From Escherichia phage vB_EcoM_Lutter, in the sequence record NC_054924.1: a DNA stretch of 64,000 bases. One strand, given 5' to 3'. Of this stretch, positions 29,209-39,213 are shown piece after piece. The position numbers and the translations under genes were made by a program. Under the pieces are notes generated by a model. That model had not been told where the DNA came from. It did no database searches and worked only from the letters and a program-made list of their open reading frames with translations. The stretch's first letter is position 1. Each line of letters starts with the position of its first letter.

Positions 29209-29746
29209 TTACTATTTCCAAAAGTTTATTATTTTTAAGGTAATTAGCCTTTTCTAGGACTTCAGAAGCATATTTAGAACCAGCTTTAACATTCCATCCC
29301 GAATTATAAGAGGATATTGCTTTTCTTATATCGCCCTTATGTATATTTAACCAATAAGAAAGTTCAATGTACGCCCAGGAAGCTGAATTGGATCGTTTAT
29401 TCAACATTCTTTTTATTTCAGCATCGGTCATATTATAACCAAGTTCCTTAACTCTCGCTCGCATAGTAGGCAAATAATTTTGGAACATTCCGTAGGCGTG
29501 ATGCTTTGGTTTAGATTTTAAATTAACTCCGCCAGAGCTTTCTTGCCATAAAATGGCTGCCATTATATGACCTAATCCGCTCTTGTGGATATTTTTGTGT
29601 GTTTTATATTTTCCATCCTTAGAAAATTGTTCCCCGAATTGATACGCGTAACGCATGTTATCGAGTTGGACATTACTGAAAGTATGCTCGGAGCTATGCG
29701 CCATCATTGAAATGGCCAATAGACCAGCGAGTAGTGCTTTTCTCAT
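29201..29746 (-). CDS. periplasmic lytic transglycosylase-like protein (SLT domain)
   Basis: 181 aa; signal peptide; motifs AILWQESSG, AYGMFQ, SSYNSGWN. Confidence 0.65.
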   Translation of the reverse strand: MRKALLAGLLAISMMAHSSEHTFSNVQLDNMRYAYQFGEQFSKDGKYKTHKNIHKSGLGHIMAAILWQESSGGVNLKSKPKHHAYGMFQNYLPTMRARVKELGYNMTDAEIKRMLNKRSNSASWAYIELSYWLNIHKGDIRKAISSYNSGWNVKAGSKYASEVLEKANYLKNNKLLEIVND

Positions 29747-29753
29747 GCTTACC

Positions 29754-30215
29754 TCATTGAGTTTTAATTACTGCTTTAGAAGCCTTTCCTGGTAAACGAC
29801 GACTGTTGATAATTGCCATCCTGCATTGAAGTGACGGGTTTTTGAACTTCTCATTAGGCTTACAAACTGTAAATCCAAGCCAAAGATTTCCATCTGTGAT
29901 TTCTAAACGTCCAGGACGATATTCAACCCCATCAATAAAATCCTCATCAATGTCAGGACGCGGAGGCATACTCAGGAATTCATTAACTTCTAAAACATGG
30001 TCTTTTATTTTATGGAATAATTCAAAAACATATGTCTCATCAATCTCCCGTTGAATTGCACGATCAAGAAGATGCTGAGAATATTTTAGATGAAACGATG
30101 AGACCCCTGCTGCTTTTGATGCCTCACGAATCTCATTGTTAATTTGACGAAACTCCGACTCAAAGTGACGACGAAGCTTATTTCGACGGATAAAAACTTC
30201 TGTATTGATAGTCAT
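29754..30215 (-). CDS. regB: site-specific endoribonuclease RegB
   Basis: 153 aa; MTINTEVFIRRNKLRR...; size and position of T4 RegB. Confidence 0.7.
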   Translation of the reverse strand: MTINTEVFIRRNKLRRHFESEFRQINNEIREASKAAGVSSFHLKYSQHLLDRAIQREIDETYVFELFHKIKDHVLEVNEFLSMPPRPDIDEDFIDGVEYRPGRLEITDGNLWLGFTVCKPNEKFKNPSLQCRMAIINSRRLPGKASKAVIKTQ

Positions 30216-30242
30216 GTTATTCTCCTCTTAACTGATAGAAAA

Positions 30243-30271
30243 ATTATACCACAGTCAAGAGGAAAAGTAAA
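30243..30271 (-). promoter_or_regulatory. early promoter upstream of regB
   Basis: TTTACT-17-TGG-TATAAT. Confidence 0.65.
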
Positions 30272-30274
30272 CAG

Positions 30275-30553
30275 TTATTCTTTAAATCTAATCAATTTAT
30301 TCATAGACTTTGAAACTTCTGCACGAACCTCATGTAGATTTTTGAGCTGTTCAAGACGCTGCTCATAGTAAGCAATTTCATCTTCTTCGAGACAGTCCTG
30401 TGAATCTTCTTTAAGATAACGTGCATAGTCCTGGAAAGCTTTACGGACTACTTCCTGGAAGTCATCAAGACTTTGAATTTTCTTAGGAGCAACAGATACA
30501 CGACGAGGGGCAGTATAATACTCATAACCAAACCCTGCGCTTAATTGAGCCAT
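30275..30553 (-). CDS. hypothetical protein; start trimmed to MAQLSAG
   Basis: TAATG stop/start overlap with upstream gene. Confidence 0.45.
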   Translation of the reverse strand: MAQLSAGFGYEYYTAPRRVSVAPKKIQSLDDFQEVVRKAFQDYARYLKEDSQDCLEEDEIAYYEQRLEQLKNLHEVRAEVSKSMNKLIRFKE

Positions 30554-30819
30554 TAGTATTTTTCCTCTGGTTGGAACACAGCACGGCAAGCCCACATACT
30601 GGCTTCTTTGAGTTTCGTTTTAGCAATAGTTAACTGATCGAGGCTTTCGGCGTAATTCTTCGCGAGTTCATCATCTTCACAGCTATCAAATGCTTCCCAG
30701 AATTCATCATATAAAGCATCAAAGATAAGCCCTAAACGAACTTCAGCATCTTTGATAGCATTCACTTTACTGATTTTATCGTCAGTATGTGGTTTATAAC
30801 CTTTAATGTCTTCAATCAT
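30553..30819 (-). CDS. hypothetical small helical protein (positional candidate for vs.4/Acb2-type)
   Basis: 88 aa; position two genes upstream of regB. Confidence 0.35.
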   Translation of the reverse strand: MIEDIKGYKPHTDDKISKVNAIKDAEVRLGLIFDALYDEFWEAFDSCEDDELAKNYAESLDQLTIAKTKLKEASMWACRAVFQPEEKY

Positions 30820-31033
30820 ATTTTACTTCCTCACCTGTTCCCAAATCATATTCAACTAAACGAATAGGTTCATGAATGCCATATCCTTGAACAGAAATTT
30901 CTGTCGTAGGATAAATTCCATTAATATCACCCATGTTCCATACTTCGTTAAATTGCTGTTCGCCTGAATTACTAAACCACTCGGCGAAAGCATTTAGCAC
31001 ATCTTCAGAACCTTCAATAATTATCTTTGCCAT
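30812..31033 (-). CDS. hypothetical protein (73 aa)
   Basis: ORF. Confidence 0.45.
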   Translation of the reverse strand: MAKIIIEGSEDVLNAFAEWFSNSGEQQFNEVWNMGDINGIYPTTEISVQGYGIHEPIRLVEYDLGTGEEVKYD

Positions 31034-31395
31034 TACAAACTCTCGGTGAAGGTACGAGCGATAACGTCGCGCTGCTGTTCCGGAGTCAGAGAGTTAAAGC
31101 GAACTGCATAACCGGATACACGGATGGTCAGCTGCGGATATTTTTCCGGATGCTTAACTGCATCTTCCAGAGTTTCACGACGCAGAACGTTAACGTTCAG
31201 GTGTTGACCACCTTCAATTTTAACTGTAGGCTGTTGCTCAATTTCAATTTCACGGGCATGCAAACCATAGAAAATTTCTGGGTCTACAAAAGAGTCCTCT
31301 TTAAAGGTTTTAGAGACAATAATTCGTGCTTGAATACCATCTTCAAAATAAATAGTACCTTTATGTGTGCCTTCAAGAATTTGATATGCTTTCAT
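31033..31395 (-). CDS. autonomous glycyl radical cofactor-like protein (GrcA/YfiD-like C-terminus)
   Basis: 120 aa; C-terminal [27 protein letters not shown] glycyl-radical fingerprint; N-terminus unrelated. Confidence 0.7.
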   Translation of the reverse strand: MKAYQILEGTHKGTIYFEDGIQARIIVSKTFKEDSFVDPEIFYGLHAREIEIEQQPTVKIEGGQHLNVNVLRRETLEDAVKHPEKYPQLTIRVSGYAVRFNSLTPEQQRDVIARTFTESL

Positions 31396-31402
31396 ATAAA
31401 CC

Positions 31403-31732
31403 TCAATTAGAAAATAAATTTATCCAAGATTGTTCTTTAATTAAAAATGGCTCAGAATCATATGCCATTAAACTCTGTGTGATTAGTCCTTTAAAAGGCC
31501 CATCAATAAATTCCATGGTAAAATATGGAATTTTATTCATTAGCCGTGCATTAGGAGCAGTACACAAAACTCTGCATCCTTTGAATACGCCTTTTTGTAA
31601 TTTGTATTGCTTAGGATAAAATTCGCTCAAGACGTTGTTATTTGCCAAAATTTCAAAATGATTCACCAATTTATTTTTAATAGTTTTTGGCGAAAAATAA
31701 AGATATTCGAAAAGCTGAGTGTCTGTCATCAT
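31403..31732 (-). CDS. hypothetical protein (109 aa)
   Basis: ORF. Confidence 0.45.
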   Translation of the reverse strand: MMTDTQLFEYLYFSPKTIKNKLVNHFEILANNNVLSEFYPKQYKLQKGVFKGCRVLCTAPNARLMNKIPYFTMEFIDGPFKGLITQSLMAYDSEPFLIKEQSWINLFSN

Positions 31733-31865
31733 TGCATTCCGATTACGAAAAACTGTGGACGAGTAATACCATCAATGCAACATTTAATATTACAGCAGCA
31801 GTGTACAGTGTCAATATGGACACTATAAATCTTATCCATATCAGGAGATTTGACAGGCTCATCAA

Positions 31866-32315
31866 TTATATACAAAATTCGCGAAAGCGATAAACCTCTG
31901 AACTTGCTTCCTTTATTACCAATAAACTGCGCACAGAATCAGTAAATAAACGAAAACGTATATCATCATTAGAATAACGCGAAAATTCCTTTTTAATGTT
32001 ATTTGCAGAAATTTTAGCGTAAGCTGAAGTATTAGAAAGAACAATAACTGTTCCGCCATCATACAACCAATTAGCAGCAAAGTTAGTCACAGCAATTGAT
32101 TTACCAGATTGACGTCCACCATCTAGTCGAAGTGTGCAATACTGTTTGAGTAAGTCTTCAAATGGTGGGATATAATCGTTTTTACAAATTTCTTCTACTC
32201 TAGCATCAGAATGGTGTGTAAAAGCATTCATCAGGGATAGATAAGGACCAGTTAAAAATGTTCTCATTTTGTTATCTCTAAATTTGGGCCATTCCGTGGC
32301 GCGTGAATTGTCCAT
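31866..32315 (-). CDS. hypothetical protein with P-loop-like motif
   Basis: 149 aa; GGRQSGKS. Confidence 0.45.
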   Translation of the reverse strand: MDNSRATEWPKFRDNKMRTFLTGPYLSLMNAFTHHSDARVEEICKNDYIPPFEDLLKQYCTLRLDGGRQSGKSIAVTNFAANWLYDGGTVIVLSNTSAYAKISANNIKKEFSRYSNDDIRFRLFTDSVRSLLVIKEASSEVYRFREFCI

Positions 32316-32444
32316 TTCTGTATTTACCCATTACCGCACTTGGGATCGACCTTATTACAGGTTGGCGGGAATCCCTCACAGAATCATGAGGTCCAGCTTG
32401 TTCCCATGTTATTTGAATATAAATAGTCCTAAGTATAGGCCTTA

Positions 32445-33023
32445 TTAATTACCACGGGCTGCATTAGCAACGGCATAAGCGTACTGAACATTAGCGTCCT
32501 TAAACGTACCTTTAGAGGTATCTATTTCTGCCTTAAAGCCGCCTTTAGCCATAACATCGGCAAATTCTTTACGGAAAGCCATTGCATCAAGACCTTTCCA
32601 TGATGATTTGTGCTTAGCGAATTCAAGACCAGCGTAGTTGACAGCCTTAGCTAATTTATTATCAATGACCCATTTACCGGCTTTAGGCACAAACTTCGGG
32701 CCTTTTTGTTTAGAGAACAGTTTTAAATTCCAGCGACGAAGATCACTGTCGGCTTTAACAAAAGCTGCGTCTAAGTTACTAGCAACAACATCTTCAATAT
32801 GAGCAAATTTAAGTCCGTCAACTTCAATATTTAAATCGGTACGCCAGCGAAGTCCTTCCCAAGCGAAAGCTTTAAAGTCAGAAGCCTTTGTAGCTAAGTA
32901 TCGTTCAATAGGAGCTGTTTTAGGGTCAAAGCCGTTTCCCGATCGATAGGTCCACTCATCTTTATTAATGCCTTTGGCCTTTTCCACAGAAGCTTCAGCG
33001 ATAAATTCTTTATACGTTTTCAT
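32445..33023 (-). CDS. head internal protein with capsid targeting sequence
   Basis: 192 aa; N-terminus MKTYKEFIAEA. Confidence 0.7.
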   Translation of the reverse strand: MKTYKEFIAEASVEKAKGINKDEWTYRSGNGFDPKTAPIERYLATKASDFKAFAWEGLRWRTDLNIEVDGLKFAHIEDVVASNLDAAFVKADSDLRRWNLKLFSKQKGPKFVPKAGKWVIDNKLAKAVNYAGLEFAKHKSSWKGLDAMAFRKEFADVMAKGGFKAEIDTSKGTFKDANVQYAYAVANAARGN

Positions 33024-33053
33024 TTTTGTTTCCTTGTTTGTTTTGATAGAGTA

Positions 33054-33082
33054 ATTATACCATATTAATACTTAAGCGTAAA
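33054..33082 (-). promoter_or_regulatory. sigma-70-type promoter upstream of internal protein gene
   Basis: TTTACG-17-TGG-TATAAT. Confidence 0.5.
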
Positions 33083-33086
33083 CCGT

Positions 33087-33348
33087 TTAAGCTTCACCGC
33101 CAGAAATAATTCCGAAGTTGTTAAAATCGTATCCAATATCGTCAACATCTACTTTAGGACTTGTAGCAACATAAGCAATTTCACTGCGTTTTGCATAGGT
33201 GTTGATTTCTTTACCATCACCACCTAAGAAAAAAATACCCATTACGTTTTAATGAGCCAAAATCTTCGGCATCACCAACGAAAGCTTTAACTTTAAATTT
33301 GGGGCCTTTGGCATCTGCTTCAGCGATAAATTCTTGATACATTTTCAT
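33087..33348 (-). pseudogene. frameshifted internal-protein gene
   Basis: MKMYQEFIAEADAKGPKF... halts after an A7/T7 run at 33229-33235; one fewer base gives an ~86-aa ORF to the TAA at 33087. Confidence 0.5.
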
Positions 33349-33354
33349 TTTTCC

Positions 33355-33768
33355 TTAGTAAATTGATTTACCATAGTATTTGTACCAAGTCGGACGTTGA
33401 GCAATTTTTTCATCTAAGCGTGCTTGACTTATCGCAATGGACGCTTCGGACGGGACATAATTATTACGAAATTCGGCAGGGATGTCGGAAATATCCTGGA
33501 CTGTCGTGTCCTTGATTTTGAAACCACGTTTCAAGCATTCGGCGATTAGCTCGATTTGTCGTAAACGTAAAAATTCAAGTTTGTCGTAAAAGAATGTTAC
33601 GTGACCTGTGCCTAAGATAAATGTTGGAGAGATTTTAAAATCCTTTACACGTTTACCGTTTTGAACATGTTTACGGACTGCACCAAATACGCGTGGTAAT
33701 TCACGATACTCAGCCATAAGATGTTGGTCGGTCAGTTCAGAAACAAGTGTTAAATTGATACGAGTCAT
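33355..33768 (-). CDS. denV: endonuclease V (pyrimidine dimer DNA glycosylase)
   Basis: 137 aa from [12 protein letters not shown]...; T4 DenV size. Confidence 0.88.
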   Translation of the reverse strand: MTRINLTLVSELTDQHLMAEYRELPRVFGAVRKHVQNGKRVKDFKISPTFILGTGHVTFFYDKLEFLRLRQIELIAECLKRGFKIKDTTVQDISDIPAEFRNNYVPSEASIAISQARLDEKIAQRPTWYKYYGKSIY

Positions 33769-33795
33769 AATTTCCTCCAAGTAGTTGATGAATGT

Positions 33796-33824
33796 ATAGT
33801 ATCAAAACCCTTGGAGGAAGTAAA
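33796..33824 (-). promoter_or_regulatory. early promoter upstream of denV
   Basis: TTTACT-17-TACTAT; spacer holds the arm complementary to the denV ribosome-binding site. Confidence 0.6.
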
Positions 33825-33827
33825 CAA

Positions 33828-35068
<1,241 letters not shown>

Positions 35069-35087
<19 letters not shown>

Positions 35088-35557
35088 TCAGTGATAAAGC
35101 TATTTAAATTTTGAGCATATTTCTTTTCATCATAAATCTTTTGCTGTCTGCGTAAACGCCATGGCATTTCAATGAACGTGTACCATATCCCAGATAATAT
35201 TGCTGCTGTAAAAATATTAACAAGTATGGTTAAAATAATCCAATCTCCCGTTCTGTCTACTGGACTTTCTCCAAAGAAGCAAAATACAAATGATGTCACA
35301 GGAAAACTAATAATATACCACAGAATCATAATCTTATCTGTGAACCAATCAGTGTTCGTTAATTTAGCGCGACCATTATGAATACACACGAATTTATCAT
35401 CTGTTGCAGTAGATGGCTTAACTGGTTGATATCCCATTCTAAACTCCCTAATCAGCAAATTTTTCATATCTTCGGAACAGCCATTCCAGTCAACTCTATC
35501 AACTGAAATGCCATCATCCCCATCATCTAAATCATACCAGCGAGTTTTTAAAATCAT
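35069..35557 (-). CDS. membrane protein, tandem paralog 1
   Basis: 162 aa; TM helices; C-terminal ...FITECRKLK. Confidence 0.5.
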
Positions 35558-35928
35558 TTGATTTTCCTACAATCATTCACGAATTCTTTCATTGATTCAT
35601 TTTCAATATAAGACATGTAGTTATTATATTCTTTTAATTGTATTTTGTAATCCTTTTTTCTTTGCCAATTTATTTTAAAATTATCATAATGAAAATATAA
35701 AATAATACCAAAGAATGAAAATAATGAAATCGCTATAGTATAATGAAGTTCACTCCAAACTTCTATTATATCTACTATACCGCTGACATTACTGCGGATG
35801 TTTAAAATAATACAGTCAATCATTAATCCAATAAGACTACCCGCAAGAGCTGCAGCCAACGCCACAGCAAAAATTAAAAATGACTCAGAAAACGAATATT
35901 TGACTTTATTTAGTTTTGGCTTTTGCAT
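35554..35928 (-). CDS. membrane protein, tandem paralog 2
   Basis: 124 aa; C-terminal ...FVNDCRKIK. Confidence 0.5.
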   Translation of the reverse strand: MQKPKLNKVKYSFSESFLIFAVALAAALAGSLIGLMIDCIILNIRSNVSGIVDIIEVWSELHYTIAISLFSFFGIILYFHYDNFKINWQRKKDYKIQLKEYNNYMSYIENESMKEFVNDCRKIK

Positions 35929-36323
35929 CGTGATTCCTTAACAAATTTCATAATTTCATCAAATTCATACGCGGCAAGTTTAAGCTGATGTTCCTTTTTA
36001 ATCTTTTTACACTGTGCTTTCCAATCACGTACACGTTTACGATAATGTCTTCCTTGATACCAATATCCTATCCAATTTACAGGTACTAATAAAAGTGGAA
36101 CTATTAATGGAAGAATTAGCATTAACACAAGTATTTCGCCAGAATCAATATCAGTCATAACATCTAAAACACCTCCAATAATCAATAGAATTACAAATGA
36201 TATGAGTATAACAGGACCTATTAACACATCAGTAGAAATTATCTGGCGCTTTAATTCATACTTTAAGGGTTTACTTGGAAGATACATTGATGGCTTTGAC
36301 ATATTCTCTACATTCCTTAACAA
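35910..36323 (-). CDS. membrane protein, tandem paralog 3
   Basis: 137 aa; C-terminal ...FVKESRCKSQN. Confidence 0.5.
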   Translation of the reverse strand: MLRNVENMSKPSMYLPSKPLKYELKRQIISTDVLIGPVILISFVILLIIGGVLDVMTDIDSGEILVLMLILPLIVPLLLVPVNWIGYWYQGRHYRKRVRDWKAQCKKIKKEHQLKLAAYEFDEIMKFVKESRCKSQN

Positions 36324-36879
36324 ATTTTTCTAATAATAAATCGCTTTCAAAATTAGGATTTTCCACGAATTTATCAAAAAGATCATCAACGATAGTTAAG
36401 ATATTCTTTTTATTAAGAATACGCTTATTTTCATATTTTGTTTCAGAGTCAACTATAAGAGTAAAGAAATATTTCTTTCCCTGAAATTTTACCGTAGTAT
36501 CAATATAGAACAAATTTGACTTTTGTAAATTACGTTTAAACCATGCGTCACTTAAACTATAAACGCCAAGATAATCATAATCGTCGTTTAAATAACAAAC
36601 TGTCCATTCAGGAGAAATGAAATCAGTAAATTCAACATCAAAATCACATGTCAATGAATGAATCGATTCAATACTTTTAATAAGTATTCCAGGACGTATT
36701 AAAGACTTTTTACCTCTGGAAAATCTTCCAGAAAGACTTTCATTAGTTTCATATGAAGAACCCCAATAATAATTACGCCCTTCTGCCATACGTTTAAGAG
36801 CATTTAGTAATTGATCTGGAACATCAACCTGTCTTTGGAACTCTTCAAACATTGAATTGAAATCACTTTGCATTTTCAT
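36271..36879 (-). CDS. hypothetical protein (start possibly downstream Met)
   Basis: 202 aa ORF. Confidence 0.5.
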   Translation of the reverse strand: MKMQSDFNSMFEEFQRQVDVPDQLLNALKRMAEGRNYYWGSSYETNESLSGRFSRGKKSLIRPGILIKSIESIHSLTCDFDVEFTDFISPEWTVCYLNDDYDYLGVYSLSDAWFKRNLQKSNLFYIDTTVKFQGKKYFFTLIVDSETKYENKRILNKKNILTIVDDLFDKFVENPNFESDLLLEKFVKECREYVKAINVSSK

Positions 36880-36898
36880 TCCTACTTACTCCAAGTAA

Positions 36899-36916
36899 TA
36901 GGGGCCGAAGCCCCTT
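36899..36916 (-). terminator. CUUCGG tetraloop hairpin
   Basis: AGGGGC-UUCG-GCCCCU; weak U tract. Confidence 0.4.
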
Positions 36917-36920
36917 ATCA

Positions 36921-37514
36921 TTATTTCAGAGAATTAATATATTCCTGAACATCGGCAGAGGTAGTTTCAACCCCAGAAATATTACCATTAAAGGTTTCAA
37001 CTCGAGCAAGGGTATCTTCAATATCAACCTTAGTCAGTGCTGCAATTTCAACTACATCATCTGCAGTACTAATTCCAAGGGCATTTGCTGCGCGAGTTTC
37101 ACGGATATATTCCAATTTAACTGCAAGTTCTTGGCGAGCATCATCCAATTCAACTACTTTCTTAGCGATTTCAATTCGCATTTCAGCATAACCATCAGCT
37201 TTAGTAGTCAACTGCTCAGCTGTTCGACGATATAGTAAACCGAGTTTAGCATGCATTGTTACATCTTGACCTTCGGAAAGAAGCTTGCGAATTTCACGCT
37301 CTTTTGATTCGGCTTGCTTATTCTTTTCGACAATAAGTTCACGAATACGCTTTTCTTCATTAATAGATTTAACGGAAGCAGTTTTTAGATCTTTAATCTT
37401 ATCAAGTAGTTTTGCTGCCGCAGCAGTATACTGTTCTTCAACAGATAGATTTTTAGCCATAGCAGAACCAAGTTTAGTGCGAATAAACTCAACAATTTTC
37501 TTCAGTGTGTTCAT
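36921..37514 (-). CDS. coiled-coil protein, possibly PspA/IM30-like
   Basis: 197 aa; long heptad-rich helices; composition resembles PspA family, unverified. Confidence 0.4.
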
Positions 37515-37570
37515 AGTATTTCCTTAGGTTGGTATAATTAGATAATATCACGTTTTAATAGATTGTAAAC

Positions 37571-37906
37571 TTATTCTTCGTCTAGCTCGTCGATAAAGGC
37601 GTCGATGGCCTCGACAACAGCATCATTGATAGCCAATAAAATAAAATCATCGTCAGTACCTTTAGAAGATTCTAAAGCATTGATATATGCTTGATTGGCG
37701 AGTTCCCAAGCCTTTTTAAAATAAGGAGCTTCATCATCGGGGCCAACGAAACGTACGCCTTCAAAGATACGGTTAGCATAATCCAATACCCACTGTACAG
37801 GCATGTTTTGAGAACGTTCGTTAAACTCTTTAAATTCCTTAGATTCAAAAAGCTCTTCAGGATAATCATTTCTATTACAAAAAGCTTTACTAAAGTTACG
37901 TTTCAT
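37571..37906 (-). CDS. hypothetical acidic protein (111 aa)
   Basis: ORF. Confidence 0.5.
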   Translation of the reverse strand: MKRNFSKAFCNRNDYPEELFESKEFKEFNERSQNMPVQWVLDYANRIFEGVRFVGPDDEAPYFKKAWELANQAYINALESSKGTDDDFILLAINDAVVEAIDAFIDELDEE

Positions 37907-37948
37907 AATGTTTTCCTTGTGATGATAAGTCTATAGTAACGCCTTCAT

Positions 37949-38112
37949 ACTTAGATGTAAACTATTTCAACATCACCTTTTGCTGCTTTATAACCTTCAG
38001 CCCAAGATACAACCGAGTTTTTATCTGAAGATTCAAATTCTGGCATTGGGCTTTCGCCAATGTTCACGCAGTATGTTTCTTCATTTTCGTCGAACCAAAT
38101 AATTAAAGTAGT
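37949..38112 (-). CDS. candidate small ORF (54 aa) below track cutoff
   Basis: MTTLIIWFDENEETYCVNIGESP...; preceded by promoter-like motif near 38150-38180. Confidence 0.3.
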
Positions 38113-38183
38113 CATTTATTTCTCCGTTTCTGTATTTGTTTTGATAAGTCTATAATAACACCGTCCTTGGTGTTTGTACACAA

Positions 38184-38459
38184 TTATTTCATATTATTGA
38201 AATATTCTTCTGCGATTTCGTCGTTATCATGGTAAACTTTAGAAGACAGTTTAACATAACCTTCTGCCGTGAACATATTAATCACAACCTTTACAGTATA
38301 CCACTGACCATCTTCATTACCCATTACTGCGTAAGTTTCAAACATCGGATGATCAGGACCGATAACTTTAATATCATTCACTGTACGACCAAAATCTTCT
38401 GAAACACATTTCATAAAGAAGTTGAACAGTTCGCCGTAATTATCCATTTTATTCTCCAA
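38184..38459 (-). CDS. hypothetical protein (91 aa)
   Basis: ORF downstream of early promoter 38491-38519. Confidence 0.5.
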   Translation of the reverse strand: MENKMDNYGELFNFFMKCVSEDFGRTVNDIKVIGPDHPMFETYAVMGNEDGQWYTVKVVINMFTAEGYVKLSSKVYHDNDEIAEEYFNNMK

Positions 38460-38490
38460 GTTGTTTTCTGTATCAGTAGTTGATAGTTGT

Positions 38491-38519
38491 ATAGTACCAT
38501 GGAAGAACAGGGATGTAAA
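38491..38519 (-). promoter_or_regulatory. early promoter
   Basis: TTTACA-17-TGG-TACTAT. Confidence 0.6.
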
Positions 38520-38551
38520 CAGTTTTGTGAAAAAATTTTTTAAAAAGTTTT

Positions 38552-38575
38552 GGGGAATTCTGGGGCAGGGAGGGG
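38552..38575 (+). other. G-quadruplex-type motif in an intergenic spacer
   Basis: GGGGAATTCTGGGGCAGGGAGGGG: four G-runs with loops of 6, 2 and 1 nt. Confidence 0.35.
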
Positions 38576-38658
38576 CAATTAAAGGATAGGATAATATATT
38601 ATAACGGGTAGAAACTAAATGATGTCTGGAGAGGCCCAGAAAGGCCTAGATGCCAAAA

Positions 38659-38682
38659 AGCCCCAATCTTTCGGTCGGGGCT
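38659..38682 (-). terminator. intrinsic terminator after internal-protein-like gene
   Basis: GCCCCGACC-GAAA-GAUUGGGGC then UUUUU, 8 nt after the stop. Confidence 0.6.
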
Positions 38683-38689
38683 AAGAATG

Positions 38690-39163
38690 TTATTTGATTT
38701 GTTTAGCAGACCAAATGCGGTCTTTGATAATTTTTTGGATGTCTTCAACATACTCAAGAGAGTGAACATGTGGATTATCTTTGAAACTATGAGCTCGCGC
38801 AAGTTTCTGGCCTTCAGTTTTGATTACTAAAAGCTCTTTAAGGATAGCTTCATATTTGGAGATAATTCCTTTAACAATATTTTTCTCTTGTGCGACTTTA
38901 GGATCTGCTTTAGGAGCAGGTTTACCCGAAGCCTTTGCAAAAGCAGCGCCAGTAGCAACTAAACTTTTCCAGGCCATACTAACTGCATTTCCCGTAAATC
39001 CTTCCGCTTTCATGTCGCGTGCGAACTGGAATCGCGATTCATCAGAAGCATCTTTATAGGAATATTTACCCGCTGCAATGGCTGCTTTTGCGACAGCTTG
39101 AATTTCGGTGCTAGATGCTTCATTTAACACCGCTTCATTTAAAAATTGAGTATATGATTTCAT
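38690..39163 (-). CDS. internal-protein-like protein with capsid targeting sequence
   Basis: 157 aa; MKSYTQFLNEA; own late promoter, flanked by terminator hairpins. Confidence 0.6.
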   Translation of the reverse strand: MKSYTQFLNEAVLNEASSTEIQAVAKAAIAAGKYSYKDASDESRFQFARDMKAEGFTGNAVSMAWKSLVATGAAFAKASGKPAPKADPKVAQEKNIVKGIISKYEAILKELLVIKTEGQKLARAHSFKDNPHVHSLEYVEDIQKIIKDRIWSAKQIK

Positions 39164-39199
39164 CTTATTTCCTGTTTTAATTTGTAGATTTAATATACT

Positions 39200-39207
39200 T
39201 ATTTATA
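39200..39207 (-). promoter_or_regulatory. late promoter for internal-protein-like gene
   Basis: TATAAATA on minus strand 36 nt upstream of ATG at 39163, just after terminator hairpin. Confidence 0.55.
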
Positions 39208-39213
39208 CTAAAA

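Noticed and set aside
32316-32444. Relatively GC-rich noncoding segment before the internal protein gene, with a plus-strand TATAAATA
   Set aside because: The TATAAATA is on the non-coding strand for this region; I could not fold a tRNA or other recognisable RNA, and part of it may be the 5' leader of the 31866-32315 gene.
38131-38180. Degenerate copy of the early-promoter motif upstream of the 54-aa ORF
   Set aside because: The -35 is TGTACA rather than TTTACA and conservation downstream of the -10 is weaker; mentioned under the small ORF but not listed as a promoter.
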